NCBI GenBank assembly: GCA_035458265.1
Contig: DATIAB010000251.1
Location: 1 to 36,704 of the forward strand
Origin: Ornithinibacter sp.
Lineage (GTDB): Bacteria; Actinomycetota; Actinomycetes; Actinomycetales; Dermatophilaceae
Reading direction: 5' to 3'
DNA length: 36,704 nucleotides
Both the position numbers and the translations under genes were made by a program. Below, piece by piece: positions 1 to 9,648 of the stretch. A model generated the notes under the pieces. It saw only the letters and a program-made list of their open reading frames with translations, was not told the origin of the DNA and did not search any database. The stretch's first letter is position 1; each line of letters begins with the position of its first letter.

Positions 1-2763
1 AGAGATCCGTTGGAGCTCGGGTTCGTCGAGGACTCCGACGACGGCACCGATGGCCCGGTCGGTCTCCGGGAGCGGTGTCGGCGCCACGTGGGGAAGCAGG
101 CTCGGCAGGGGCGGAAGCCACGGGGGTCGGGGCTCCGGTCCACCGAGCAGGCGATGGGCCCGGCACACGGCCTCGATGATCGGCGCCACGCCGACCTCGG
201 CACCGGCGGCGGCACCGGCGGCCCCGGCGGCCCCGGCATCCGACGATGTCGCGGTGAGGGGGCGCGGGCCGGGCTGGTGCAGGGTGAGGTGGGGTGCCGG
301 GTCGGCAACCGCATCGCTCACGGTCGCGGCCTGGAACGTGACGAGGGACCCCTCGCCCCCGCGGCACAGCGCACGCCCGGGAGTGCTTGACCGGATGCCG
401 GCTGCCGCGGCGTCCTCGAGGATGTCGACGGAGTCGGCCCGGTCCCGGACCCGGAAGGCGATTCGCAGGTTGACGTTGGCCTGGATCTCCGCGGTGACCG
501 CCCCGGCGGGGCGCTGCGTGGCGAGGACGAGGTGGATGCCGAGCGAGCGCCCCAAGGCAGCCAGCCGCACGAGGCCGCTCACGAAGTCGGGCACCTCGTC
601 GACCAGTGCCTTCAGCTCGTCGACCACGACGACGAGCCGCGGCACGCTCTCGGCACCGGAGGGTTGGTTGCGGCGGTAGCCCTCGAGGTCGCTGGCCCCG
701 ACCGCCGCGAAGATGCGCTCGCGCCGCCTGAGCTCGGCGCCCAGCGAGCGCAGTGCCCGGGCCACGAGGTGGTCGTCGAGGTCGGTGACCAGCCCGACGA
801 CATGGGGCAACCGGGCGCAGGCACCGAAGGCGGCACCGCCCTTGAAGTCGACGAGCACGAAGGTCAGCTCGTCGGGTGGGCAGGACGTCGCCAGGGAGGT
901 GACGAGAGTGCGCAGGAACTCCGACTTCCCCGATCCCGTCGTGCCGCCGACGAGCACGTGTGGGCCGTCGTGGACGAGGTCGATCGAGAAGGGCCCGTCG
1001 GGCGTCACGCCGACGACGGCCGCGGGGGTCGCGGGACGTCCGGCCCGGTCGCGCCAGCGGGACGCGACCTCGGTCGGCGCGAGGTCGCGCCCACCCCACG
1101 CCTGTGTCAGCGACAGCGCCAGTGGCAGGCCGCCGCGGGCGCCGTCGCTCGTGCGCAGCGGGGCCAGTGCTCTCGCGACGCGATCAGCCCACCACCCTCC
1201 GACGAGGTCCAGGGTCACGGCGGTGCCGGTGGGCGAGTCCGCGCTCTCGAGCACGTGCCTGCCGTCGGGCCCCGGCGTCACCACGGTGACAACGCCGCCG
1301 GGCACGCCCGAGCGCTCGGTGGCGGCGACGATCACGTGCACCCCGGCATCCAGTGCTCGTGTGACCAGGGCGAAGGCCCCGCCCACGACGGCCTCCGCCT
1401 GCGGCACGACGAGGACGCGGTGCCGGGCGGTTCCCGGGCTGGGTCCCTCGGGTGAGAGGAGATCCGCCAGGTCGGCGCTGTGGGGCAGGAGCCCCACCCA
1501 TTCCCATGGCTCGCCGGAAGCGGCAACGGAGAGGGCCAACCGGTGCGGGGGAAGGACGGCGCAGAGCTGGCCGATGAGCATCCGGAGGTGTCCGTCGGTC
1601 GTCTCCGGGTCTCCGACCACGGCCAACCCTCGGCATCCAGCGAGGTCGATGATGACGGGGACGTCCTCCACTGTGGGGTGCGTCCTGCCGGTGCCGTCGA
1701 GCCAAGCCACCCGGGTGGCCGCGGCCCCCGTGCCCGTGCGGAGCGGGATCCCGTCGCCGTCGACGCCACCGGCCCAGAGTCCGGGAAGCACGTGCTCCAC
1801 GGTCGTCAGCACGGTGTGGGGGTCGGGGTGGGCCTGACGCAGCCGAGCGGTCTCGTCACCCAGGGCGAGGCGCAGCCGCCCCCGGGCCACCTCGACGTCG
1901 AGGGCGTGAGCGGCGAGCGCCAGCCGTTGCGACCGCCCCGAGCCCCACCGGTCGCCGAGGGCGCTGGCCAACAGCACGAGGGGACCCATCAGCGCGAACA
2001 CGAGCAGGTAGGGCCCCAGCACGAAGGCCAGTCCCACACCGACGGGCACGGGCACGAGGGCCGCGATCCAGGGGATCCGGACGCGGTGCCGCTCCGGGGG
2101 AGGGGGCGGGCACGCGATCTCGACGGGTCCGAGGTCCGGCCGAGCCCCGGTGGACGGCCGCACGACGAGGGTGCCGTCGCCGGGCTGGTCGAGCGGGAGT
2201 CCCCGACCCGCGACACGGCGCAGGCGCAGCGACGACGAGCCGACGACAATGGTGGACGCGGCGTCAACGGGTGTGGCGCCGGTGATCGGGGCGCCGTCGA
2301 CGGACACGCCGTTCGTCGACCCCTCATCGCGCACGCTGACTCCGGCCGGGCCGACCTCGAAGACGGCGTGCACGCGGCTGAGGGCATCGTCGGCCAGAGC
2401 CAGCCCGGCATCCGGTGCCCGGCCGACGGACACCCCCGGCGGCAACAGCGGGTGGGAGCGCCCGGCATCCGGCCCACCGGTCACGACGAGCTCGAGGACG
2501 CCTGGGGTCACCACCACCCGGCGCGATGCACAGGCCGCGGGGGCCACGGCGATCGAGGCACCGTGGACGAGCGGGGGCCTCCCCACGGCCGCGTCCGGCT
2601 CCACGCGTTGCCCGCGGCTGGTGAGGCCGGGAACGGGCTCACCGAGGTGGTCGGCCAGGGCTCGGCAGAGGTCGGCGGCGCACTGGTCGCCCGCCCACTC
2701 GACGACGACGTCGACGACCAGCGGCCGACGGCGCGGCACGTGCACCGTCAGAGTCATCTCCAT
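1..2763 (-). CDS. FHA-domain, membrane-anchored FtsK/SpoIIIE-family ATPase (EssC/EccC-like architecture), 3' end outside window
   Basis: Not in the ORF track (no stop inside the window). Manual translation from ATG 2763 gives MEMTLTVHVP..., FHA motifs (VGRAPDA, DDALSRVHA, DEGSTNG) and a hydrophobic hairpin near 1960-2070. Walker A GGTTGSGKSE starts at 948 in the same frame, followed by VDFKGG, VVVDE and HLVLATQRP. Confidence 0.9.
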   Translation of the reverse strand, partial: MEMTLTVHVPRRRPLVVDVVVEWAGDQCAADLCRALADHLGEPVPGLTSRGQRVEPDAAVGRPPLVHGASIAVAPAACASRRVVVTPGVLELVVTGGPDAGRSHPLLPPGVSVGRAPDAGLALADDALSRVHAVFEVGPAGVSVRDEGSTNGVSVDGAPITGATPVDAASTIVVGSSSLRLRRVAGRGLPLDQPGDGTLVVRPSTGARPDLGPVEIACPPPPPERHRVRIPWIAALVPVPVGVGLAFVLGPYLLVFALMGPLVLLASALGDRWGSGRSQRLALAAHALDVEVARGRLRLALGDETARLRQAHPDPHTVLTTVEHVLPGLWAGGVDGDGIPLRTGTGAAATRVAWLDGTGRTHPTVEDVPVIIDLAGCRGLAVVGDPETTDGHLRMLIGQLCAVLPPHRLALSVAASGEPWEWVGLLPHSADLADLLSPEGPSPGTARHRVLVVPQAEAVVGGAFALVTRALDAGVHVIVAATERSGVPGGVVTVVTPGPDGRHVLESADSPTGTAVTLDLVGGWWADRVARALAPLRTSDGARGGLPLALSLTQAWGGRDLAPTEVASRWRDRAGRPATPAAVVGVTPDGPFSIDLVHDGPHVLVGGTTGSGKSEFLRTLVTSLATSCPPDELTFVLVDFKGGAAFGACARLPHVVGLVTDLDDHLVARALRSLGAELRRRERIFAAVGASDLEGYRRNQPSGAESVPRLVVVVDELKALVDEVPDFVSGLVRLAALGRSLGIHLVLATQRPAGAVTAEIQANVNLRIAFRVRDRADSVDILEDAAAAGIRSSTPGRALCRGGEGSLVTFQAATVSDAVADPAPHLTLHQPGPRPLTATSSDAGAAGAAGAAAGAEVGVAPIIEAVCRAHRLLGGPEPRPPWLPPLPSLLPHVAPTPLPETDRAIGAVVGVLDEPELQRIS

Positions 2764-2858
2764 ACGTCCCCCTCGCGCTTCCCCCGAACCCCACGTGAAC
2801 CCACCTGGGCAGCCCCGTGCCACCCACCGTAGACAACCGCCCCGACGGCGCCGCGGAG

Positions 2859-2891
2859 TTTTCCACAGGGGTGCTCGCCCAATCGTCCACA
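2859..2891 (+). promoter_or_regulatory. Two DnaA-box-like 9-mers (TTTTCCACA 2859-2867; TCGTCCACA 2883-2891)
   Basis: Each is one mismatch from the actinobacterial box TTGTCCACA and both are followed by GG. They lie upstream of the FtsK-like gene. Confidence 0.35.
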
Positions 2892-3258
2892 GGCCCCGCC
2901 CTCCCCGGTTCGGCAGACTAGTTTCATGTTCAACCACCCGCGGCGAGGTGCCGGTGAGCCCTGAACCGGAGCGCGGGACGCCGAGGCCCGCGAGGGCCAG
3001 CGGGACAGGCGGATCAGTCCGGCCGGCGAGTTCGTCGTCGTGCAGGTGCGCCAACGCACCGCCGGTGGTCGCTGACTCTTCTCGGGCGCCCCGGGCCGAG
3101 GCCCGTCTGCGGTCCTGCTGACAGGAAATGCTCATCCGGGACCGACCGCGCCGGCACGGATCTCGGTTACCCATCGCGTCGGCCGGACCATTGCATGTCC
3201 GGGAGGCCGCTCGTCGAACAGAAGCCTGGCGTCGGCGGTCCGGGCGTAGCGTTGGTGC

Positions 3259-4122
3259 GTGCCCGACCCGCTGCTCATCGCGCGCAACCCCGACCCGGCA
3301 TCCAGCCTGCCGTTCCTGGTGCGCATCCCCCTGGGTGAGGGGATCGTGCTGCGAACCAAGGAGACCTGGCCGCGCACGAGCAAGGTCTACTGCTACCGCC
3401 ACGACGAGCCATGGAGCCAGGACGCGGAGATCGTCGAGGAGGTGCCGCTGCGCTCGGTGACGCGGCGGGGCGCGGCCATCGAGATCGTCGCCGACCGCAC
3501 GCGGGAGTCGCGCAGCCAGTTCGTGCTGACGCGGGCGCGGGGCAGGGAGATGATCTTCTGGCAGAGCCCGCGGGTGACGAAGGCGGCCCGCCCGAACGTC
3601 GCCCTGCCGACAGCCCGGGCGGCGGGGGTGACGGACCTCGAGATCGTGGTCGACACCCGCGAGCGCTACGCGTGGAAGTTCACCCACCAGCAGGCCAGTA
3701 CGCGCAAGGCGGCGCTTCCGGTCGGGGACTACGGCTCGTTCGTCGACGACGAGCTCGTGGCGGTGGTCGAGCGCAAGTCGCTCGCCGATCTCGCGGGGTC
3801 GCTGACCTCCGGGCGCCTCGCGTACCGTCTGGCGGCGCTGGCCGAGACGCCACGGGCGGCCGTGGTCGTCGAGGACCGGTACTCGGCGGTCTTCAAACTC
3901 GAGCACGTGCGGCACTCGCTCGTCGCCGACCAGCTGGGGGAGTGCCAGGTGCGGTGGCCCTCCGTGCCGATCATCTTCGCCGAGAACCGATCGCTGGCGG
4001 AGGAGTGGACCTTCCGCTTCCTCGGCGCCGCCGTGCAGGAGCACGCGACGGGGCAGGAGGCGCGCCGGCTCCTCCCGGACGGCGCTGACGAGGCGGGTGC
4101 TCGGGCCCGTGACGTGCGCTAG
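3259..4122 (+). CDS. ERCC4-domain (XPF/Mus81-like) nuclease
   Basis: Motifs IVVDTRE, LPVGDY, VERKS, VVVE. TAGCGT (-10-like) ends 6 nt before the GTG, suggesting a leaderless mRNA. Confidence 0.85.
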   Translation: MPDPLLIARNPDPASSLPFLVRIPLGEGIVLRTKETWPRTSKVYCYRHDEPWSQDAEIVEEVPLRSVTRRGAAIEIVADRTRESRSQFVLTRARGREMIFWQSPRVTKAARPNVALPTARAAGVTDLEIVVDTRERYAWKFTHQQASTRKAALPVGDYGSFVDDELVAVVERKSLADLAGSLTSGRLAYRLAALAETPRAAVVVEDRYSAVFKLEHVRHSLVADQLGECQVRWPSVPIIFAENRSLAEEWTFRFLGAAVQEHATGQEARRLLPDGADEAGARARDVR

Positions 4123-4131
4123 GTACCTCCC

Positions 4132-5064
4132 GTGACCCGTCAGTGGACCGACGAGGCCTGGCTGGCGCAGGTGCACGCGTGGATCGATGGGCGGCTGGAG
4201 GCCCTCGGGGTGACCCGGACGGGCGAGATCGAACAGCCACACGTCGAGGTGTGGTCGACCGTGCTGCGGGTGCCGACGCAGGGTGGGCCGGTGTGGTTCA
4301 AGGCCAACCACGCTCCGCTGGTGCATGAGGCCGCCCTGGTGAACCTGCTCGCGGCGCGGGTGCCTGACCGGGTGCAGGCACCGCTGGCGTGCGACACCGA
4401 TCGCGGCTGGCTGCTCATGAGTGACGCCGGGGACCGGCTGCGAGAGGTCGTGGAGTCGGAGCAGAGCCTGGACGGATGGTTGGAGGTGCTCGACGGCGCA
4501 GCCCGCATCCAGCTCGCCCTCGAGGACGACGTCGACGTGCTGCTCGGCCTCGGCGTGCCGGATCTGCGACTGGACGTGCTGCCGGCGAGGTACGACGCGC
4601 TCATGGACGAGATCGGCGCCGAGCCGCGCTTCCGCAAGGCGGCCGCGCTCGTGAGGGTGCTTGCTCGCGACCTCGCGCCGTACGGCATCCGGGAGACGGT
4701 GCAGCACGACGACCTCCACGACGGGCAGGTGTTCGTGCGAGACGGCAGGCACTGGGTCATGGACTGGAGCGACGCCTGCGTGTCCCACCCGTTCTTCACC
4801 CTGGCGGTGACCCTCGAGGGCGTGATCGCGTGGGGGATCGACGACGTGGAGGCATCGGTCGACGTCACGCCGTTCCGTGATGCGTACCTGGCGCCGTACG
4901 CCAACGCCTACCCGTTGCTCTCGTCCTCTGACCTCATCGAGGCTGCTCGCCTCGCCACGCGCCTGGGCTGGGCGTGCCGGGCGGTCAACGGCCACGTCGT
5001 CGGGCACAACGCCCACACGATCAGGCGGCTGACGATGTTCCTGGACGGTCGCGTCGGCGACTGA
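4132..5064 (+). CDS. Aminoglycoside phosphotransferase/choline-kinase-like protein
   Basis: VWFKAN Lys motif, WLLMSDAG hinge, HDDLHDGQV catalytic loop, MDWSD metal-binding motif. 9 nt after the ERCC4 gene. Confidence 0.8.
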   Translation: MTRQWTDEAWLAQVHAWIDGRLEALGVTRTGEIEQPHVEVWSTVLRVPTQGGPVWFKANHAPLVHEAALVNLLAARVPDRVQAPLACDTDRGWLLMSDAGDRLREVVESEQSLDGWLEVLDGAARIQLALEDDVDVLLGLGVPDLRLDVLPARYDALMDEIGAEPRFRKAAALVRVLARDLAPYGIRETVQHDDLHDGQVFVRDGRHWVMDWSDACVSHPFFTLAVTLEGVIAWGIDDVEASVDVTPFRDAYLAPYANAYPLLSSSDLIEAARLATRLGWACRAVNGHVVGHNAHTIRRLTMFLDGRVGD

Positions 5065-5157
5065 TCCGCACGCGGGCTCGAGGATCGTCGCCGGTGGTGA
5101 TGTGGACGAACTCCATCGGATGATCTCAGGGTCGCGCCGCACTGGTCGGCCGCATGC

Positions 5158-6633
5158 CTAGCGGGCAGGCGTGAGCCATTGCAGCAACGACTCCGACACC
5201 GCGGGCTGTGAGAACAGCGAGCAGTGCCAGGTGCGGCTGGTCGAGCCGAGCTCGAGGCGGTGGCCGGGGGCGATGCGGAACTCGGGGCGCGAGGCGACGG
5301 CACACACGCCGCCGGTGGGAACGACGATGTCGTTCGCCTCCCCCTCGAAGACGCGATCGACCACCCCGTCCACGCCGCGCACGAGCTGAAGCAGGCGCCC
5401 GGTCGGCTCGAACTCGACGTCGATCCCATACTGTTCGGTGCCGTCACCGGCGAGGAAGCCCAGGGTTTTGACGTCAGTGCCGAGTGGCTGCATGGCCACC
5501 AGCCCAGGCAGAGTGCCCACGGCGCCGACAGCCAGCACCTGAACCAGCGTGAGCACCCCTGCCATGACGTCCGTGACGACAGACCACGGACCGTCCGGGA
5601 TGAGGTTGATCATGGTGCTGATCCGGTCAAGGAACTCCTTGAGCCGATCCGGGTTGGCCAGCGCCGTGCCCCCGTTGGGCGTGGCGACGTAGACGATCTT
5701 CCGCACGTCGAGCGGCGCGTCCGGGCCCTGCATCTCTTCCGCCAGCTTGCGGGCGACGAGCCCCCCACGGCTGTGGCTGATGATGTCGACGGGCCAGCGT
5801 CTGCCGGGCGGCAGCAGAGGAAGGAGCCGCTTGACGTTGTCGTCGAGGCTCGCGGAGAGGGTGTGGTGGTCGAAGGCCATCACGTGACCGTCGTAGGCGG
5901 CGTGCAGCTTCATGAACGTTTCGTCGGGCAGCCCCGCGAACGCGCCATGGCTGCTGCTCGCAGTGCCGTGCAGGAACAGGAGCACGCGACCGTCGCCGAT
6001 CCGGCCCCAGTTCGGCAGTGAATCGGACCCTGCCTTCCGGAACGCGTTCGGGGTGAGCCGGCGCAGGCCGTACGGGTGGCTCTTCTCCTCGAAGTGCCGG
6101 GCTACGACCGTCGCCGCGCGCCCGACCAGCTTCTCCACGAGCGGCACCACGAAAACCGACAGGAGCTTCGCCCCGATGGCGGCTGCGAGGCCGCGCTCAC
6201 CGCCCTCCGTGCCCTCGGGCGGATCCACCGCCACGGTGCGATCGACGGTGAAGGCGGCAACCCCTGGCGCCTCGAACTCGGTGCTCGGCAGGTGCCAGGT
6301 CACGACCCCCGCCTCGTCGACCATCATCAGGACCTGCGGTTGCTCAGGCCCCAGGTCGGGCACCCGAAGCGTCATCCCCGGGGCACCATCAGGGGCGCGC
6401 AGGTCCTCGCCGAGCACCGGTGCTTCGGTGGCGCGCACCTCGAGTGCGTACAACTGCTGGAAATCGCTGGTGTCCAGTGCCGCGATGAACGCGTCGGTGG
6501 AGTTGGACTCGGCCCGCGTTCCGCCCAGCACCCCATCCTTGAGCTCCGCCGTTCCGACGAGGTTGGGCGCCTGAAGGGAGACGCCGGGCTGCAGCGTGAC
6601 GGGGCTCGAACTGCCGTTGAGTATCTCTGCCAC
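5158..6633 (-). CDS. Alpha/beta-hydrolase (lipase-like) with about 150-190 aa N-terminal extension
   Basis: FLHGT oxyanion region, nucleophile elbow ISHSRGG (Ser codon 5770-5772), ATPNGGT, NDIVVP (Asp), TWHCS (His). GAGGAG RBS before GTG 6633. Confidence 0.85.
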   Translation of the reverse strand: MAEILNGSSSPVTLQPGVSLQAPNLVGTAELKDGVLGGTRAESNSTDAFIAALDTSDFQQLYALEVRATEAPVLGEDLRAPDGAPGMTLRVPDLGPEQPQVLMMVDEAGVVTWHLPSTEFEAPGVAAFTVDRTVAVDPPEGTEGGERGLAAAIGAKLLSVFVVPLVEKLVGRAATVVARHFEEKSHPYGLRRLTPNAFRKAGSDSLPNWGRIGDGRVLLFLHGTASSSHGAFAGLPDETFMKLHAAYDGHVMAFDHHTLSASLDDNVKRLLPLLPPGRRWPVDIISHSRGGLVARKLAEEMQGPDAPLDVRKIVYVATPNGGTALANPDRLKEFLDRISTMINLIPDGPWSVVTDVMAGVLTLVQVLAVGAVGTLPGLVAMQPLGTDVKTLGFLAGDGTEQYGIDVEFEPTGRLLQLVRGVDGVVDRVFEGEANDIVVPTGGVCAVASRPEFRIAPGHRLELGSTSRTWHCSLFSQPAVSESLLQWLTPAR

Positions 6634-6658
6634 GCGTGCTCCTCGGGTTGGTGCGGGT

Positions 6659-9040
6659 CTACTCGGTTCGGGTCAGGCGCAGCTTGGGGTGTCCGTAGAA
6701 GACGTACGCGAGCGGGGTCGCCGTGCGGACGCCCCCGTCGGTGAAGGACCGGCGCATCAGCCGCAGCGCCTCGCCCACGCTCTCCCCCTGGTCCAGCACG
6801 CGGTTGTAGAAGCCCGAGCTGAGCTCGAGAGCAAGGTCGTCGTCGACGTTCCACAACGGCGCAACGAAGCCACGCGCACCGGACCGGATGAACGCTCCTG
6901 CCAGCCCCCCGTAGCCGTTCAGCGTGTAGGCCGCCGCGCCCACCTGACAGGCATTGAGGAAGACGAATGGCTTGGCGGAGCGGCCAAGGGCGGACCCCTC
7001 GATGGCCAGCGGCCCGAGGAGCCGCCGGTCGTCGAGCAGGATGCCGGTGTGCTGGAGGTTCGTGCTGTCGGCCTGGCCGTGGCAGGCGAAGTGCAGCACC
7101 ACGGGGCGGTAGGGCTGCCCGTGGTGCTCAATCTGGTCATCGAGCAGCCGCGCCACGGAGGACTCGTCGATCGGGACGATGACGGCGTCGTAGGCAAGGG
7201 CCAGTTCCTCCGCCTCGCGCACCGCGCCCGGCAGCGCCTTGACGCCGGCCTTGGTGTAGTCGCCCTTGACGACCGCCATGGTCGGTGCTTCGACCACCTC
7301 CTGCGGCGGGGCGGGTGGCCGGTCCGGCCCGAAGGCCTGTGGCACCGGTGACAGCCAGCGGCCGATCGACCACTGCGCACCAAGCAGCAACGGGCCGTCG
7401 AGCGCCTTCGCGCGTTGACCCGTGATGAACCGGTCAGGCTCGAGGTAGGCGAGCTCCCACGGAACGAAGGGCTCACTGGTCATCAGCAGGAGGGTGGGCA
7501 CAGTGCCCTCCGGGACGGCATCCCAGATTGCATCAAGGAGGCGCCAGAACTGCGTTGGATACGCCGATGCCACCTGCACACCCAACCCGGTGACGTCTGC
7601 GAGGAGCAGAGGCCTGCCCTTGTCAGCGGGAAGCTGGGCCATCAGGGCGTTCGCGAAGGCCTCGGCAGTACCGTCTCGGAACTCGGTGGTGACCCGTTCA
7701 CTGGGCTGAGCCACGTGGTGCGGGGTCGTGAACAGCCACTCGACCTCAGGGCGGCCGGGGGTCGTGCGAATGGTCACGGTGAGGTCGGGGTTGGTGGTGG
7801 GAGCTGCTGCGACGAGCCCTGTCCCACCCCAGCGCGCACCCCGATCGGGAGTGTCGGCGTCTTCGAGGGGCTGATCACCCTCGGGGATCACATCGAGCTC
7901 GCACCACGCGTCGCCGACGATGGCGCCCTCGTGCGCATAGGTGACTCGCAGCCTGCGAGTGGTCCGCGTCGGGACCGGCTGCGCCACGACCGGCACCTTG
8001 ACGGTCCCCGTGGGTGCTTCACGATCCACCACGAGCGGGAACTTGATGCCCTTCGGAAAGTCGAATCCAAGACCCGCGACCTGGACCTCGAACGTCACCG
8101 TGGCCCCCACGCGGAACAGCACGACCGGGCCGGCCCCTGCTGGTTGAACCGGTCGCTCGGACGTGAAGCCCACTTCGAGGTCGAATGGCATTCTCGCTGC
8201 CACGATCGCCGGGGCGTTGGTGCGGGGGAAAGCGTGGAACCGGCCGGTCGACTCCTCAGCAGACAGTCCTGGGGCGGTGTCGGGGTCCGCGGTGCCCTGG
8301 GCCGCGGACGGTGGGTCGCCGTTGTGGGTCACAGACTCTTCGTCAGCGGTCGCTGACTCGTGCCCGTCCTCGCCCTGACCACTCCAGTCGGGGGCGGCCG
8401 GCGCCACGCCGCGTTCGCCCGTTCCGGCTTCGCCTGATCCACTGCCGCCGTATCCGCCCCGGCCAGCGCCGTATTCGTCGTCGGCATATCCAACCCCGTA
8501 TGCGACGCTTCCCCCGTACCCAACACCGTGAAGGTAGCCCCCCTTGGTGATGGCCTCGCCTTCTCCCTGCCACCCCCGCGGGTCGGAAGGGGGCTGCGGC
8601 TCAGGTTCGGGCGCGGCGGGGGGCGATGGTGCGCTGGAATGCGGTGGAGGTGATGAGTGGCCCCCGGAACCCCGGTCACTGCCGTCAGCGATGACCACCC
8701 CGATCACCTCGGGCCCGCGCACGACCACGGTCCCGGCGGACAACTGTGACTCGGCGTCGACGCCGGTCTGCGTCGCCAGATCCACGACCCTCGAGGGGGT
8801 GAGCGTGTCGAGCCGCAGGACGTCACGTAGTGGCGCGTTGCTGTCGGAACGTCGGGCTGCACGCGCCACCAACCCGGCACTGACGACGGTGTAGCGCACA
8901 GGTTGGCAGGTTCGGTCGAGCACGACTGTGCTCGCCTCAGGCGCCAGCGCGGCCACTGCGCGGAGCGCCACGGCGGCGGTCAGGTCGGCATCGAGCAGAA
9001 AAGCCCCAGTGAGACGCAGATCAGATGCAGCCACGTACAT
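6659..9040 (-). CDS. CHAT-domain (clan CD) cysteine protease with long N-terminal region
   Basis: VPWEL, LHFACHG (His codon 7079-7081), VFLNACQVG (Cys codon 6947-6949), APLWNVDD, AYVFYG. Start probably ATG 9040 or GTG 9034 rather than 9181. Confidence 0.88.
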   Translation of the reverse strand: MYVAASDLRLTGAFLLDADLTAAVALRAVAALAPEASTVVLDRTCQPVRYTVVSAGLVARAARRSDSNAPLRDVLRLDTLTPSRVVDLATQTGVDAESQLSAGTVVVRGPEVIGVVIADGSDRGSGGHSSPPPHSSAPSPPAAPEPEPQPPSDPRGWQGEGEAITKGGYLHGVGYGGSVAYGVGYADDEYGAGRGGYGGSGSGEAGTGERGVAPAAPDWSGQGEDGHESATADEESVTHNGDPPSAAQGTADPDTAPGLSAEESTGRFHAFPRTNAPAIVAARMPFDLEVGFTSERPVQPAGAGPVVLFRVGATVTFEVQVAGLGFDFPKGIKFPLVVDREAPTGTVKVPVVAQPVPTRTTRRLRVTYAHEGAIVGDAWCELDVIPEGDQPLEDADTPDRGARWGGTGLVAAAPTTNPDLTVTIRTTPGRPEVEWLFTTPHHVAQPSERVTTEFRDGTAEAFANALMAQLPADKGRPLLLADVTGLGVQVASAYPTQFWRLLDAIWDAVPEGTVPTLLLMTSEPFVPWELAYLEPDRFITGQRAKALDGPLLLGAQWSIGRWLSPVPQAFGPDRPPAPPQEVVEAPTMAVVKGDYTKAGVKALPGAVREAEELALAYDAVIVPIDESSVARLLDDQIEHHGQPYRPVVLHFACHGQADSTNLQHTGILLDDRRLLGPLAIEGSALGRSAKPFVFLNACQVGAAAYTLNGYGGLAGAFIRSGARGFVAPLWNVDDDLALELSSGFYNRVLDQGESVGEALRLMRRSFTDGGVRTATPLAYVFYGHPKLRLTRTE

Positions 9041-9648
9041 CAGTGTGGGGCGGTTCGGGGGGAACACGCAACCGCGCACGCAATGGAATGTGCCCGGCAA
9101 ATGTGCTTTCCGGTACGGACGGCGAGGTCTGAAGAGCACCACTGCCTCGTGCCATCCCAGCCGCCCCCATAAACGGCTCACCCACCGACGAAGAAGGATT
9201 GAGCCGCGTCGGTGCAGCCCTGTTGGACCGGCTCGCCGTCGGCACGTGGTTCCAATTGCCCCGGGAGGAAGTAGTCATTCGGGGGGGCGGTTGTCCGGAG
9301 TGCGCTGGCGGCGAAGGACCAGCGAGTGCCGCGGCGGACCTGGGTTAATGCCCAGGCCACCGGGGTCTCGTGACAATTGGTTCTCCTGCCCGAGGAGCCA
9401 TTCAGTTCGGGGCGTTCGAACGACGATGAATGGCTACTTCTTCGAGACGTGGGGAAGAAGAATGCAGTGTCGTGCCGCGACACGGCTCGTCCAGGAGTGG
9501 CCGCCACTGGCAATCCACTGGACATGACCCGTCGTGGTCTTTGACGCTGAGGCCCCATATCAGAATTCCTCCGACCAGCTGCGCCAGCAGGTGTAGCCTT
9601 CAGAGAACTGACAACCATGCGCCACATGGGCCCTCTCAGGGGGTAGGC

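Noticed and set aside
10-3121. Long plus-strand ORFs (532-1455, 713-1837, 1480-2832, 2150-3121)
   Set aside because: Antisense shadows of the FtsK-like gene, with no motifs. The same applies to most overlapping ORFs in the track.
4132-5064. Aminoglycoside resistance gene
   Set aside because: Only the generic APH/choline-kinase fold is evident; the substrate cannot be inferred.
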